From assembly GCF_006345805.1 (NCBI RefSeq), contig NC_042999.1, forward strand, positions 88,164,001-88,228,000: a DNA stretch of 64,000 nucleotides, in the 5' to 3' direction. The notes below the pieces were generated by a model that had not been told where the DNA came from, searched no databases, and saw nothing but the letters and a program-made list of their open reading frames with translations. This document shows, piece by piece, positions 36,666 through 48,960 of the stretch. This DNA comes from Octopus sinensis (taxonomy: Eukaryota). A program made the translations under genes and the position numbers. The first letter of the stretch is position 1. Each line of letters opens with the position of its first letter.

Positions 36666-36804
36666 AGTAAAAAAAACTTGTTCGCTGCCAAATTCCCCTT
36701 CGAAATATATAGTTTTCAAAATGACAACTTGTCACTGATCTATAAATTAGAAAATTACTATTTTTAAATCTCACAGCGAGAGATATTCAGCAACAGTACT
36801 TTGG

Positions 36805-37075
36805 AGTAAAGAGTTTTGCCAACATAACATAGCAGTCCTGGTTTAGGACGAATGTTATTCAACAATTATTGTGTGCTGATGAAGGGAAATAACCCGGAAA
36901 TCGCGATACACAGATATTGTTTTGAGTTGAGTCGGAGTGCTAGATCCCCTTGTTCGAAAATATAAGGATACAGATCGTATCGTATAGCCCGCTGGAGACG
37001 TCACCTGGGGCTAAATTGCAGCAACATTCATCCTAAATCAGGACTGCCATGTTATGTTGGCAAAAATCTTTACTT
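36805..37075 (+). mobile_element. PLE-pLTR-like module: hammerhead between 43-bp inverted repeats
   Basis: IR arms 36814-36856 and 37023-37065 (3 mismatches in 43 bp). Confidence 0.75.
36872..36912 (+). ncRNA. Minimal type I hammerhead ribozyme motif
   Basis: TGTG CTGATGA A GGG(aaataa)CCC G GAAA TCGCGA T A | CACA. Palindromic stem III ATCGCGAT, AUA triplet, predicted cleavage after 36908. Confidence 0.78.
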
Positions 37076-37179
37076 TAACGAATTGTGTTATTTCAAGGCC
37101 AACTGGTATAACCTTTATATAAAATGCCTTTTATTAAGTTCTTCATCTAATGAATATGCTTAATGTATTCTAGAAACTA

Positions 37180-37700
37180 CACTAAAATTAGTAGAACCAT
37201 TCATACTTTCATTAATAATGGCTACGCTCATTCATTTTTGAGAATATCTCAACGAATTCAAAGAGAAAATCCGGAAACAAAGTAATCACATTGTGACCCA
37301 AAATATCTATACAAACATTAAAAAGTAAATAGATGAAGTAAATGATAAACTAACCACGATCATTCATTATAAAGCAGCCAACAGTAACATGCTAATTCAT
37401 GCAAAAGTAATGAGTGAGGTTTAGCGATGTTCATGCCAATATGATAGTTGCCAATTACGAAAAGTAATTGAAGTAATTTCAATTTTGGAAACTTGCCCAA
37501 ATCTCAATAGACACACTTTTATGCAATTGTGGCATGAGAAATCTTACAAACGCACCATATCTATACATATCACCTAATTAGACAGAAATAGCTTTATTGT
37601 TAACACGATATTCGTAAAGGAAGATTACATAACATCAGAAAAAATTGACAAATTAGCCTTATTAAAGTAGAAGTACCTACCGTAAAAATACAACACCAAA
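37180..37700 (+). pseudogene. Possible very decayed PLE ORF 3' end
   Basis: HTFINNGYAH and IKVEVPTVKIQ resemble the PLE F..NGYP and IK...P.LN.Q blocks. Weak. Confidence 0.3.
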
Positions 37701-37758
37701 CATTGCGTACTTAATTCTGGTTATATAATACTAGACAGACATATGGGAATATATATGA

Positions 37759-37794
<36 letters not shown>

Positions 37795-37797
<3 letters not shown>

Positions 37798-37952
37798 CCC
37801 CCGGAATTTTTCTTTATAAATCTAGTACTTATTCTATCGGTCTCTTTTTCCGAACCGCTAGATTACGGGGACATAACCACTCCAACATCGGTTGTCAAGC
37901 GATGGCAGGGAGACAAACACACACATACATATACATATGTACATACAATTAT

Positions 37953-37996
<44 letters not shown>

Positions 37997-38138
37997 TTCC
38001 GTCTACCGAACTCACTCACAAGGCTTTGGTCGGCTCGAGGCTATAGTAGAAGATATTTGCCCAAAGTTCCACGTAGTGGGACTGTACCCAGAACTATGGG
38101 TTGGGAAACAAGCTTCTTACCACACGGTTACGCCTCCG
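37795..38138 (-). mobile_element. SINE family A copy, 3'-truncated
   Basis: Reverse-complement homology to 47702-48104. Confidence 0.85.
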
Positions 38139-38174
38139 TATATATATATATATATATACATACACACACACACA

Positions 38175-38269
38175 AACGCAACGTGCCACCCGATCTGAGA
38201 ATCGAACCCACGATTTAGTGATCGTGAGTGCGACAGTCTAACCACTAGGCCACGTGCTTTCACTAATAC

Positions 38270-38307
<38 letters not shown>

Positions 38308-38568
38308 AAATATATGTATGTATAAATATATATCAAATATATATATATTCACTCAGCTGTAGAAATGAGTTGCGACGTCACTGGTGCCAAGCTGTATCGA
38401 CCTTTGTCTTTCCCTTGGATAACACTGGTGGCGTGGAGAGGGGGGGGGGCTGGTATGCATGGGCGACTGCTGGCCTTCCATAGACAACCTCGCCCGGACT
38501 TGTGTCTAGGAGGGTAACTTTCTAGGTGCAATCCCATGGTCTGTGTCGTGACCGAAGGGGGTCTCCGA
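38175..38568. mobile_element. SINE family D pieces: tRNA-like head (38175-38262, -) and putative body/tail (38346-38568, +)
   Basis: Head reverse complement: gtgaaagcacgTGGCCTAGTGGTTAG...GGGTTCGATTCTC (A and B boxes). The GC-richer body lies across a TA tract. Confidence 0.55.
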
Positions 38569-38811
38569 TATATATCATACAGTACGTGCACGCGCACACA
38601 CACATATACACACACTCACGTACGCAGAACTCATGCGTTATTAATTACGAATAGGTTTAAGTGAATAAATTCTTTCTCTAACTCCAAAACCAAGTACAAG
38701 TACAAAGTGCAAGACAGTTTGTAGCCTCTACAGGTAAGTATAAAATTCTCGTGTCTTCTGCTACTAAACCCCGAGTAGTGGCGTACTGCAAAAAATCCAC
38801 TAGAAAGTTGA

Positions 38812-38848
<37 letters not shown>

Positions 38849-38851
<3 letters not shown>

Positions 38852-39380
38852 GGTCAGGCAAAATGATCTGACACATTTTTAGGTTAAATAAAAGGCATTG
38901 GTTTTCGTTTCTTTTTCAGTTGCTGCCATGAGTTGGACTGGTGAGCATCGCGTTTTCATTGTGGAAACGTTTATCAAAACAAACGATTCTGTAACTGCAA
39001 CACAAAGAGCGTTCCGTTTGCACTTCAATCTTGGTAGACATGATCCCGTTCCAGCTCGAAACACGATCTTGTTATGGGTTACCAACTTCAGAGCTACTGG
39101 ATCTGCATTGAAACGAAAATCAACCGGCCGACTAAAGATGCAATTCAAGAAATTAGTGCCATTCCACATGAAATGACCCGCCGAGTTATTGATAACTTTC
39201 GTGAACGCCTTCGACAGTGTGTGGAGAATAATGGATCCCATTTGACTGATTTAATTTTTAAAACATAATGAAACAAAATGGCATTATATGTACTTTTCAA
39301 AAATAAAAACACTTTTTTGTTTCTTTACTTCATTTGCCTTTTATTTAACCTACAAATGTGTCAGATCATTTTGCCTGACC

Positions 39381-39383
<3 letters not shown>
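38849..39383 (+). mobile_element. Internally deleted Tc1/mariner element, rosa/DD41D-like, 535 bp
   Basis: 49-bp TIRs (38849-97 / 39335-83, 1 mismatch). TA on the left, TG on the right. N-terminus MSWTGEHRVFIVETF..RKSTGR is joined directly to the C-terminus ..AIPHEMTRRVIDNFRERLRQCVENNGSHLTDLIFKT*. Confidence 0.85.
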
Positions 39384-39411
<28 letters not shown>

Positions 39412-39431
39412 CATACATACATACATACATA

Positions 39432-39641
39432 CAAGGTGGGGCTGAAAAGTTCCTGGCTTTGGGTGAAAGAAAATACACGAGGATCAGTTAGTTATGATTT
39501 CAGTCAACATGTTTCCCTCTCAGATTCACACATTTATTGCAGCGGTCCCTCAGTTTTTCTAAGCCCTGTAAAAGAAGGCTGGGTCTCCAACTAGGCCTTT
39601 TGCGCTACCCTTAAAGCCAGGAACCTTTTAGCATACCCTCG
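39432..39641. mobile_element. Mariner-type MITE, copy 1 (210 bp)
   Basis: ~29-bp imperfect TIRs (C.AGG..GGCTGAAAAGTTCCTGGCTTT); homologous to 44637-44861. Confidence 0.8.
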
Positions 39642-39732
39642 TGTGTGCGCATGTATGTATGTGTGTATGTGTATGTATGCATATATAGAGATAGAGAAGG
39701 AAGATAGAGAAAGAGAGAGATAAACAAACACA

Positions 39733-39839
39733 GGCGAAGGGGTGGCTGTGTGGTAAGAGGCTTGCTTCCCAACCACATGGTTCAAGCATGGCCGTAGTCA
39801 AATGACTGGGAGAACTAAAAGAATACAAGAATAAAATAA
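39733..39839 (+). mobile_element. SINE family A with head fused directly to tail
   Basis: ..aaccacatggttc|aagcatggccgtagtcaaatgactg..; ~300 bp of the body is missing. Confidence 0.75.
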
Positions 39840-42384
39840 TACATATGAGAAATGATGAGCGCTTCAAATATAATGGATAACTATGCTTTTAACGTTGTCG
39901 CCGCTATTTTACTACTGCGATGATCCTAAAGATTGGTGAATATCGGCATTTTAAAACAAATATCTTACAAATAAGTGAGAGATAGAACATTGAAAACCAG
40001 AGTATACAGCTAATACGTTGTTGCCGATTTAGTTTAAGTTCGTATCTTCATAATTCCACATTTTTCATTCGATTCCTGTTGGGTACTGCTTTCATATGAA
40101 ATATATTGTAGCTACTTTTGTACTTAGTGAGTAAGAATGTTTACCCAGTGTTCAGATGATTAAGTAAGGCACTCTTCATACATAGCTTTACCACTATTTT
40201 ATGTAATGCTTTTTCAGCCAGTCATGCATTAACTCATCAAACTATACATCATGTTACTCACCTGCATTTCTATTTTGTGTTCTGTCTTTTCGCTTGGAAA
40301 AACCTTTGAACATGTAAGCACTACATAAGCCGCTGCGATGTTCCTGTTGGACAGGTAAAAATGTATGATACAGTCATTATCCATCAAAAGATCAATCGAG
40401 ACAGCTTTAACCCTAATTCTCCGGGTCTAATGTCTGTTATTAATGGGTGTGATTTATAGCTTCACCTGGTTGCAGGATGTTGTGTAACATTTTGCTGTGA
40501 GTGGTTGCTGCACTTCACAAATTCAGCCCCCAACTCCGTAAAACAGGTCCTCAAATGTATTCAACAAGGATTTCACCTGCCTTGAAATACTGCTTCAGGT
40601 CTTTGGCAAACAAAATCAGTCATTTCGAATTGGATGTTCAAGATTTCATGTATCGCCTCTTTGTAGAATGTAAAGACATTTTGTTGTCAAAGTCAACGTA
40701 AGATTTTATTTTTGCGCTGTTCTTTACCATTTCAATTTGCGCGTTAATATTATAACATGAGGATTCTGCTGAAGACAACATTTTTGCTATTGAACTTTTA
40801 AAGCAAATAGTTCGTTCAGAAAAATACATCTGAGACATATGACAGCCTCCAGTGATTATTCGTTCAAGTAAATTTCAATGTTTCATGCTTTGCAATGTGA
40901 GATAACTGACATATTGACAATCCCCTTGACGTATATAGATTTAGGCAATGTAATTTCCTTCAATCAACTATCAACATTTAATTAACCAGAACAGTTTGTG
41001 ACTGTATCCCTGTTGTGCTCTTGTTACGTAATTTAATTTGTAAGATGTAAAATGATTCTTTCAAACTTCATATTGAAAATATTTGACAATTTCTATTTCT
41101 CTCTCTTTTTTATAGATACTTCATTTCTTCACACTGACACTAACTTTATATAAACTCTTTTATTTTGATATGATCTAGTGTATTTAATAACCATGGATCG
41201 ACTGGCTCGAAATAGGTATATTAAAAATACTCGTTTAGCGACCATGCGAGATCTGAAAGATACAAGTTTACTCTGGTGGAATTTTAATTCAGAAACCCTA
41301 CATTTACATCAATGAGGAGCTCTACATGGCAATGGGACGCTAACCGAATGATAATATTTATTTTAAAGGATAATATTGATTTTAAAAATTGGCATTTACT
41401 TCGCAGCTTCATCAAAACCGACTTTTCAAACCGGTTTTGTGGAACATTGAGAGGTACTGTTTTTTTTTTCCTATATATCATGCGCCGAGTTCTTTGATTG
41501 ATTTCATATATTCAAAAACTTCTTTATACATAAGAAATACTTTATAAAGACAAAGATATCCGAAGTCATGAAAAAGTAGCAATTGAAGTTCTAATACATT
41601 CATATGTAACTAATAAAAATAACTAATTAAATTAAACCTGGAATATTCATGATATCTGTTTGATCTCTTTAAGTCAGAGTAATTAAAATTTGATCATTCC
41701 TACAGGTTGGAAATTTAGCTGACAAGTGCTTTGACAGTACAGTTCACATCGTGGAAACTGTACTGAAGCTTGGAAGTAGATTATATTCTTGGTTTTTCTG
41801 GCAAAAAGAAAAACTATAATTACCAAGAGCAGGGATAGTAAATAAAATTGGTTGTCTGTGCATCGTATTATATATAATGATTTACAGCAATGAATATTCG
41901 GGTTTATTTGCGAATTCATTTTATATTGATTTATCAATGCACAGAAATATGCATATTTTTGTGCACGAAGTATTTTTATATTCACAACGTAAACCAGATT
42001 ATATTCTGCTAGTAATGTAAAACATTCCAATTTATATATTTATTTTTAGATTACATATGATATAATTGATACATTTTTTTTATATAAAATAGCACATAAA
42101 ATATTGCTAAATCACGATTTCTGTGTCTGACGTACAAAAGCTACACAAAACATAAGTACAAAATAAATTGTAATATATCACGTGACTTACATTATTCTAA
42201 AACATTTCTGAAAATATATAGCATTATATCAATATCAGTCCTTTTTACTTCACCTTTCAGATTTATTTGAGAATATTTTTCTGTAAATCCCAAACAACAA
42301 ATGGGAATCAAATTATTTCCTCGATATGTTCGCATATGGACGCATACATTCATACATTTGTGTACATATGTACTCACATGTATA

Positions 42385-42396
42385 TAATATATAAAT

Positions 42397-42427
<31 letters not shown>

Positions 42428-42517
42428 ATGTATGTATGCATGCATGCCATATATGTGTTCGTGTACACACACGCACACGCACACGCACACGCACACACGC
42501 ACGCACACACACACACA

Positions 42518-42556
<39 letters not shown>

Positions 42557-42990
42557 TCTGTTCGCCTGTTTATATGTATGTATCATGATACTGCTTGCAG
42601 CGATAGTAATAAGTTTGATACACTTTACAATAAACCACCGGGTCAGTACAAAGAGTAATTTCAATTAAATGTATACATACATATATATACACACGCACTA
42701 ACACATACATACATGTGTGTGTGCGTATGTATGTACATACGCAGACAATTAAATATATGTGAGTATAGACAGAAAAATTGATAGATAGATTGAGAGATTA
42801 ATAGATACAGAGATAGATGGACAGGCACATATGGAGATAGATAGGTTAATAGAGAGATACACACACATTCATACATACATACATAAATACATGCATACAT
42901 ACATATCTACATATGTAAATGAATATGTGTGTATAAATGACTGACTGGATGGATGGATGGATGGATGGATGGATGAGTGGGCGGACGGAC
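42385..42990. repeat. Compound microsatellite block (TG, TATG, CA/CGCA, AGAT, GGAT)
   Basis: Direct inspection. Confidence 0.9.
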
Positions 42991-43915
42991 GGATAAGTGT
43001 GGTGATGAAGCTCACTACATAACTATGCTTCGAGATCCAATCATATAGGACAGTGACAAGAGCAATATACTTATTACTATAGCCTCTAGCTGACCAACCC
43101 TTTGTTAGCGAAATTCACTCCACAGCAGCTATTCTGGTGCACTTACAAATGCATAGACCAAGGATTAAAGTTAGTAAAGGAAGTATAATTACCTAGAATG
43201 TGAGTAATAACTAGAATTGGTTTTCTGCATATTATACTCTATTATTATACAATGATTTGCAATAATACAATGCGAAGTTTGTCTGCGGTAAAATTTGTAC
43301 CAGTTCACTATAAATGCATAGAATTATGCATATTTTTGCGCATGGTATGTATTTATATACACAAACTTAATATCATTATACTTTGCAATTGATATTAGAT
43401 ATTCAAATAATTTCTAAGTTTTCATATCATAAATGGTATGCATTTTCATAAAACTATTTGAATTCTTATTACTTAGAAGAGTTTAGTTCTTAACAAAGAT
43501 ACGACTCCATTTCTTGGACAATAGTGATTATGTTAAAAGTTCAACTTTATGAAAAGGTTGCATATATTTGCTGTTCCACTTATTGACTATATTTGTAAAG
43601 TTGGTCTTAGCTGATCATTTTCTTTACCCGAAGATCCTAATTTGCCCAGATGGTCACTAAAGCATTTAGTAACATTTAAGTATGCCAATAATTATAGATA
43701 TAGACGTGATACTTAAAATCAATGTAGCGAATCTGAAGGTTTTAAAGCAGTCGTTCATATACATACATACATTTATATCTATATATATATAAAATACAAA
43801 ATGGGTCAATAACGCAAAGCATCTTACAACTAGGTGATACAAAAAAGGGACAATAAAATATCCATATATATATATATATATATATATATTTAGCAACCTA
43901 CGTATACTTTGTTCT

Positions 43916-43987
<72 letters not shown>

Positions 43988-44382
43988 GGATCACTAATGT
44001 TGGATGAGATTTAGTCCACTGTCCCAAATAACTGTAAGGTCTGTTACGTTTGCACTATACAATCATTAACAGGAGCATTGGCAGTAACTATCCCAGAACA
44101 GTTTTTCATATGGGGAAATAGTATATTGTTTTATAGACAACATCATATAACAGTACGAGGTTGAAACTTGATAAACATGTTTCGATAGCTGCTGAGGATA
44201 TATAGGTAATGTCTTCCATAGAAGTGTGACAAAAGCGAACTTTGTTTTCACTTTGTTTTCGAACTTTGTTTTCACTTATGTTGCTTGTTTGTGTGAACGT
44301 AAGCATGTATATATATTTATATAATATACATATTCAGATATATGTTTGTGAGTGCTGTATGTGTGTGTGTGTGTGTGTGTGT

Positions 44383-44583
44383 AGTTAATCCAAACATGAA
44401 CAAAGAGAAATCATAGCGCGAGGACGTGGAACAAGTATAGTGTTATTGTACGCTCAGGAAAAGAAAGAAAGAAAGGAGGATTTAACGTTTCGAGCTGAGC
44501 TCTTCATCAGAATCACAGGAAAAGGAAGGGTCCAAGGAAGGTAAGACGGAGAAAGAAAATCGCCAACGATACACATGTGGTCA
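44383..44583 (-). mobile_element. Short PLE-pLTR-like module between (GT)n and (TA)n
   Basis: Contains the hammerhead at 44479-44514; shares layout and the downstream GAGCGT with 26732-26975. Confidence 0.6.
44479..44514 (-). ncRNA. Minimal type I hammerhead ribozyme motif
   Basis: GAUU CUGAUGA A GAGC(uca)GCUC GAAA C G U U AAAUC. Core intact; stem I has one bulge. Confidence 0.65.
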
Positions 44584-44636
44584 CATATTATATATATACA
44601 CACTCGTATATATATATATATATATATACATACAAA

Positions 44637-44861
44637 CGAGGGGGTGCTAAAAAGCTCCTGGCTTTGGGTAAAAGAAAATACAGGAGAATCACTTAATTAT
44701 GAATTTATTCAGCATATTCCCAACTCAGATTCAAACACTTATTGCAGCATGCAGCAGTCCTTCAATTTTTCTAAGCCTTTGAACAATGACTCGGAAGTTT
44801 TGGCATCCAACTAGGTCATTCGCGACACCCTTAAAGTCAGGAACTTTTCAGCACCCCCTCG
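44637..44861. mobile_element. Mariner-type MITE, copy 2 (225 bp)
   Basis: 29-bp TIRs CGAGGGGGTGCT.AAAAG.TCCTG.CTTT (3 mismatches); TA on the right. Confidence 0.85.
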
Positions 44862-45397
44862 TAAATACATATACAAAATACAGCAACTAATCGTAATTCT
44901 ACACATTTTGTACATGTTCTAGTTTTTTGCCTTTTTAACAAATATAGAAAGCTCTTACGTGTGGAAATAACCAAACGTAATGACTGCATTTTGATCAGTA
45001 AGTAGCAGAAAGCTAGCACACAATAATAAAGAAGACTTAGGAGAAAATGATACCTTGTTTTATAGGATCTCTTATGCTATCATACTTCAAACATATAACG
45101 GGGTGGGTAGCTCAGTGGAATGTAGTTTACTGATTTTATTCGTTTGAATCGTATTTTTATTGACAGTAAAGAATTTACAAACATTAAAAGTTTAAGTAAG
45201 ATTTTGTGTACGGATACATTTGTAACCTGTCAGATAACAGTTTAGTTAATACATTTCTATGAGCACTTTTGCTGGCCCATTAACATAATACGAATTTGTA
45301 TTAACAACCACACTTATGACGTGTTAATAGATAGAAACACAGACGCATGCACGCACAGATATTTTTGAATGCATGTATAGACGTAATTTTTTTTACT

Positions 45398-45545
45398 ATA
45401 GGCAGAAGGACTGAAATTTGGGGAGGGGGAACCCAGTGCTCAACTGGTATTTTTTTACCTTTCTCGCTTTCGAGGAAAGGTCAAGTCGATTTTGGTGGTA
45501 TTTCTTAACCGGGGTGCTTAAAATTATGCCAGCTCGCCGTCTCAT
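45398..45545 (-). mobile_element. Degenerate SINE family B' copy
   Basis: cccagtgctcaactggta, aaggtcaagtcga and gccagctcgccg match family B; B'-type tail. Confidence 0.6.
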
Positions 45546-47075
45546 TGGGCTATTAATAATGATAAAAACGTATATATATATACATCTACATGTAGCATAG
45601 CTATGCATGTATTTATTTATACTTACATACTTTCACTCACACACGCACATACATTCATAAATCCAGAGGAGGACTAAACATATCTGCAATTCTTATAGTT
45701 ATATCATACTCAACAAGAAATTGTAATTTTAACCTCTTCATCTATAACCCATAAGAATTATACTGAAATATACACGCTAACAGAAACTTCCCTGAAGACT
45801 TTCTAACTCATAAATCATAAATCCTTCTATATTTTACCTTGTCAGTCAAACTAGTGTCACTACTAAAATAAAAAAGGAAAAAAGAAAAAGCAAGCATTAT
45901 ACTCTACGAATCTAGATTTGCAAAACATCTTGTGTTCATTTCCTTGCCATCTAAGCAACAATTTCCTTTCTGCTCTGATGCCTTCAAAGACTGAGATTCA
46001 CAAACACATCTTACAAACAATCTTTCTGATTGAAATTCCAATCCTTTATTTTCTCCAGATTGAGTTTTACTCCAGCTTTTCTTGACGCTGGATTTGTGAA
46101 AGTTAATCTCCGTTTCTTTCTGCCGGAAATTCCTACATGATTTTGTTACATAGAATCGTTCAGCCTTCGGATGATAAATAGTTCATTAAAAAGGAGGCGT
46201 TCTTTAAACTAATAAATGTGAGCCTCTTTTTACATACTTCAAAATGAGCCAAAAGGCAGCAAATCAAAGATTTTGGAATGCTGCCGGCAGCCCTCCACAA
46301 AAGGAACAAGGAAGCACGATAAAATATGGTGTATGGAGGATAATTTCCAAAATGTGGGTTTTGCGGTGAAATGTGTGAATGCGCGAATAGATAACAAATG
46401 CTGGAAATTCCCGCATATGCGGTAAGATTGATAAGTGTCTGTGTTTCTGTATGAATGTTTGAGTGTGTGTATGCATGTGTGTGTGTGCGTTTACATGCAT
46501 CCGTGTGCAGTTTGTCTCTATTACAGTAGTATATAAAGAAATAGGTAGGTAGGTAGGAAGGTATGTAGTTGAGAAATGAGAGAAATCAACGAGGAAATCT
46601 AACATTTTTCACACATGTAAGATCTAAATCTTACGTTATCTGATTGGATTCCCCATTTAGTGAGCTACTTACAAGACCTATACACATCGTGGTGCTTTAT
46701 TTGGAAGTGATATAAGAGGAAAATGGCTACCCAAATGATCTATTAGAGACAGAAATGCTCTATTGATTGTACAGAAAGGATTGTTGTATGTTTATTAGCT
46801 TTCATATAAACATGGAGAAGAGATGTCAAGATAGGAATCAGATGACTTGATAATGTACTTACTTTATTGTTTCAAAAGAAACTTCTCTAACATCGCGGCT
46901 CAGCTTCTATTTATATTCCTGTTCTGAAGTAATTTACACTAACTCACATAGACATGCATCGATACATGCACATACCAATACAAACATACACAGACACGTA
47001 TATATCTCTATATATTTGTATGTATGTACGTATGTATGTATTCATGTACATATGTATATGAATCTACATGTGTGC

Positions 47076-47140
<65 letters not shown>

Positions 47141-47701
47141 CACACACACACATGTGAATCTATATGTACATATATGTATACATATATGCACACATACACA
47201 AGAGGCTTGCGCAGGCACACACACTCACACACACACACATATATGTCCACACAGATATAACCGTGATAACGAACTTACATGTTTACGTACGTTGTTGTAT
47301 ATGCATATAGACACATGCACACACATGCACATGTAGTCGATAGTGTAAAGACAAATTCGTTACATTAATGTGTGACAACAGAGTCATCCACCTATCAGTT
47401 TAATCTTTATAAGTTTTGTTTGGGAGGTTATAAGTGCAGCAAGTACCCAGGAACTTAAACTTTTAATGTTTATTAATTCTTTAACTGTTCAATAAAAACA
47501 TAAGTCACGAATAAACTCGGTAGACTGTATTTGAATTGGCAGCCATCCTAGTTACATGTTTGAAGTATCATAGCATGAAAGATCCTATAAAACAAGACAT
47601 GATGCCTTAAATTCTTTTCGCTCGGTATACGAGCATTGCAATTGGTTATTCCCATATGTGTTCTCCATTTATGACTGGGATAAAAAGACAACCAATTAAC
47701 A

Positions 47702-48104
47702 GGCGAAGGAATGGCTGTGTGGTAAGTAGCTTGCTTGCCAACCACATGGTTCCGGGTTCAGTCCCACTGCGTTGCACCTTGGACAAGTGTCTTCTACTAT
47801 AGCCTCGGGCCGACCAAAGCCTTGTGAGTGGATTTAGTAGACGGAAACTGAAAGAAGCTCGTCGTATATATGTATATGTGTGTGTGTTTGTGTGTCTGTG
47901 TTGTCCCACCAACATCGCTTGACAACCGATGCTGGTGTGTTTATGTCCCCGTAACTTAGCGGTTCGGCAAAAGAAACCGATAGAATAAGCACTTCTTACA
48001 AAGAATAAGTCCTGGGGTTGATTTGTTCGACTAAAAGGCGGTTCTCCAGCATGGCCGCAGTCAAATGACTGGAACAAATAAAAGAGTATAAAAGAATAAA
48101 AGAA
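47702..48104 (+). mobile_element. SINE family A, complete copy
   Basis: A box TGGCTGTGTGG, B box GGGTTCAGTCCC, internal TA/TG tract, (TAAAAGA)n-type tail. Confidence 0.9.
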
Positions 48105-48219
48105 TATATACAATACGCGCGCGCGCACACACACACATACTCACACACACACATATATGTGCGATTATACGTAACAAATGTATTTTAAATAGGCACACCG
48201 TAACTCAACATGGCTCATA

Positions 48220-48401
48220 GGTGCAGTAGTTGTAATATAGTTAAGAAGCTTGCCTCACAGCCATGTGGTTTCAGGTTCAGTCCTACTGTTCAGCAACTTG
48301 CTCGCGTGTCTTCTACTATAGCTCCGGGTTGACATAAGCCTTATGAATGGGTTTGATAGACAGAAACTGAAAGAAGCCGGTCATGTATATGTGTGTGCGT
48401 T

Positions 48402-48451
<50 letters not shown>

Positions 48452-48960
48452 CGCGCGAACTTTAGGTAAGTTATAATATGTTCGTGACATATTTCAACTT
48501 CTAAAGGCAAATTCGCTGCAGTTACCGTGACCCAAATAGAAAAAGAATGCTCTCCTAAGGTAAAAAAATGTAAAAACACTATTTCGACCCAGTGTTGCCC
48601 TCTATCGGATTCCTAGACGGGTATTTCTGCATCGCTATTTAAAATATCATTTTTTTACTTATGCTTAAACACAGCATGAAGCTGAAGGCACAAGCGTGAC
48701 TGTGTGATAAGAAACTTGCTTTCCAACCACATGGATCCAGGTCCAGTCTCATTGCGTGACACCTCGGGCAAGTGTCTTTTTCTATAGCTTCGTGCTGACC
48801 AATGTCTTGTGAGAGTATTTGAGTAGACGGAAACTGAAATAAGCCCGTCATGTATATATATGAATGTGTGTGTGTGTGTGTGCGCGCGCGCCATTGTGTC
48901 TGTGTTTGTTCCCCAACATCGCTTGACAACCGAAATTGGTGTGCGTTTGTCCCTGCCGAA
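48220..48960 (+). mobile_element. Two further degenerate SINE family A copies (~48220-48385 and ~48680-48960)
   Basis: Homology to 47702-48104. Confidence 0.75.

Noticed and set aside
40501-40838. Short ORFs as host exons
   Set aside because: No recognisable domain, splice pattern or continuity.
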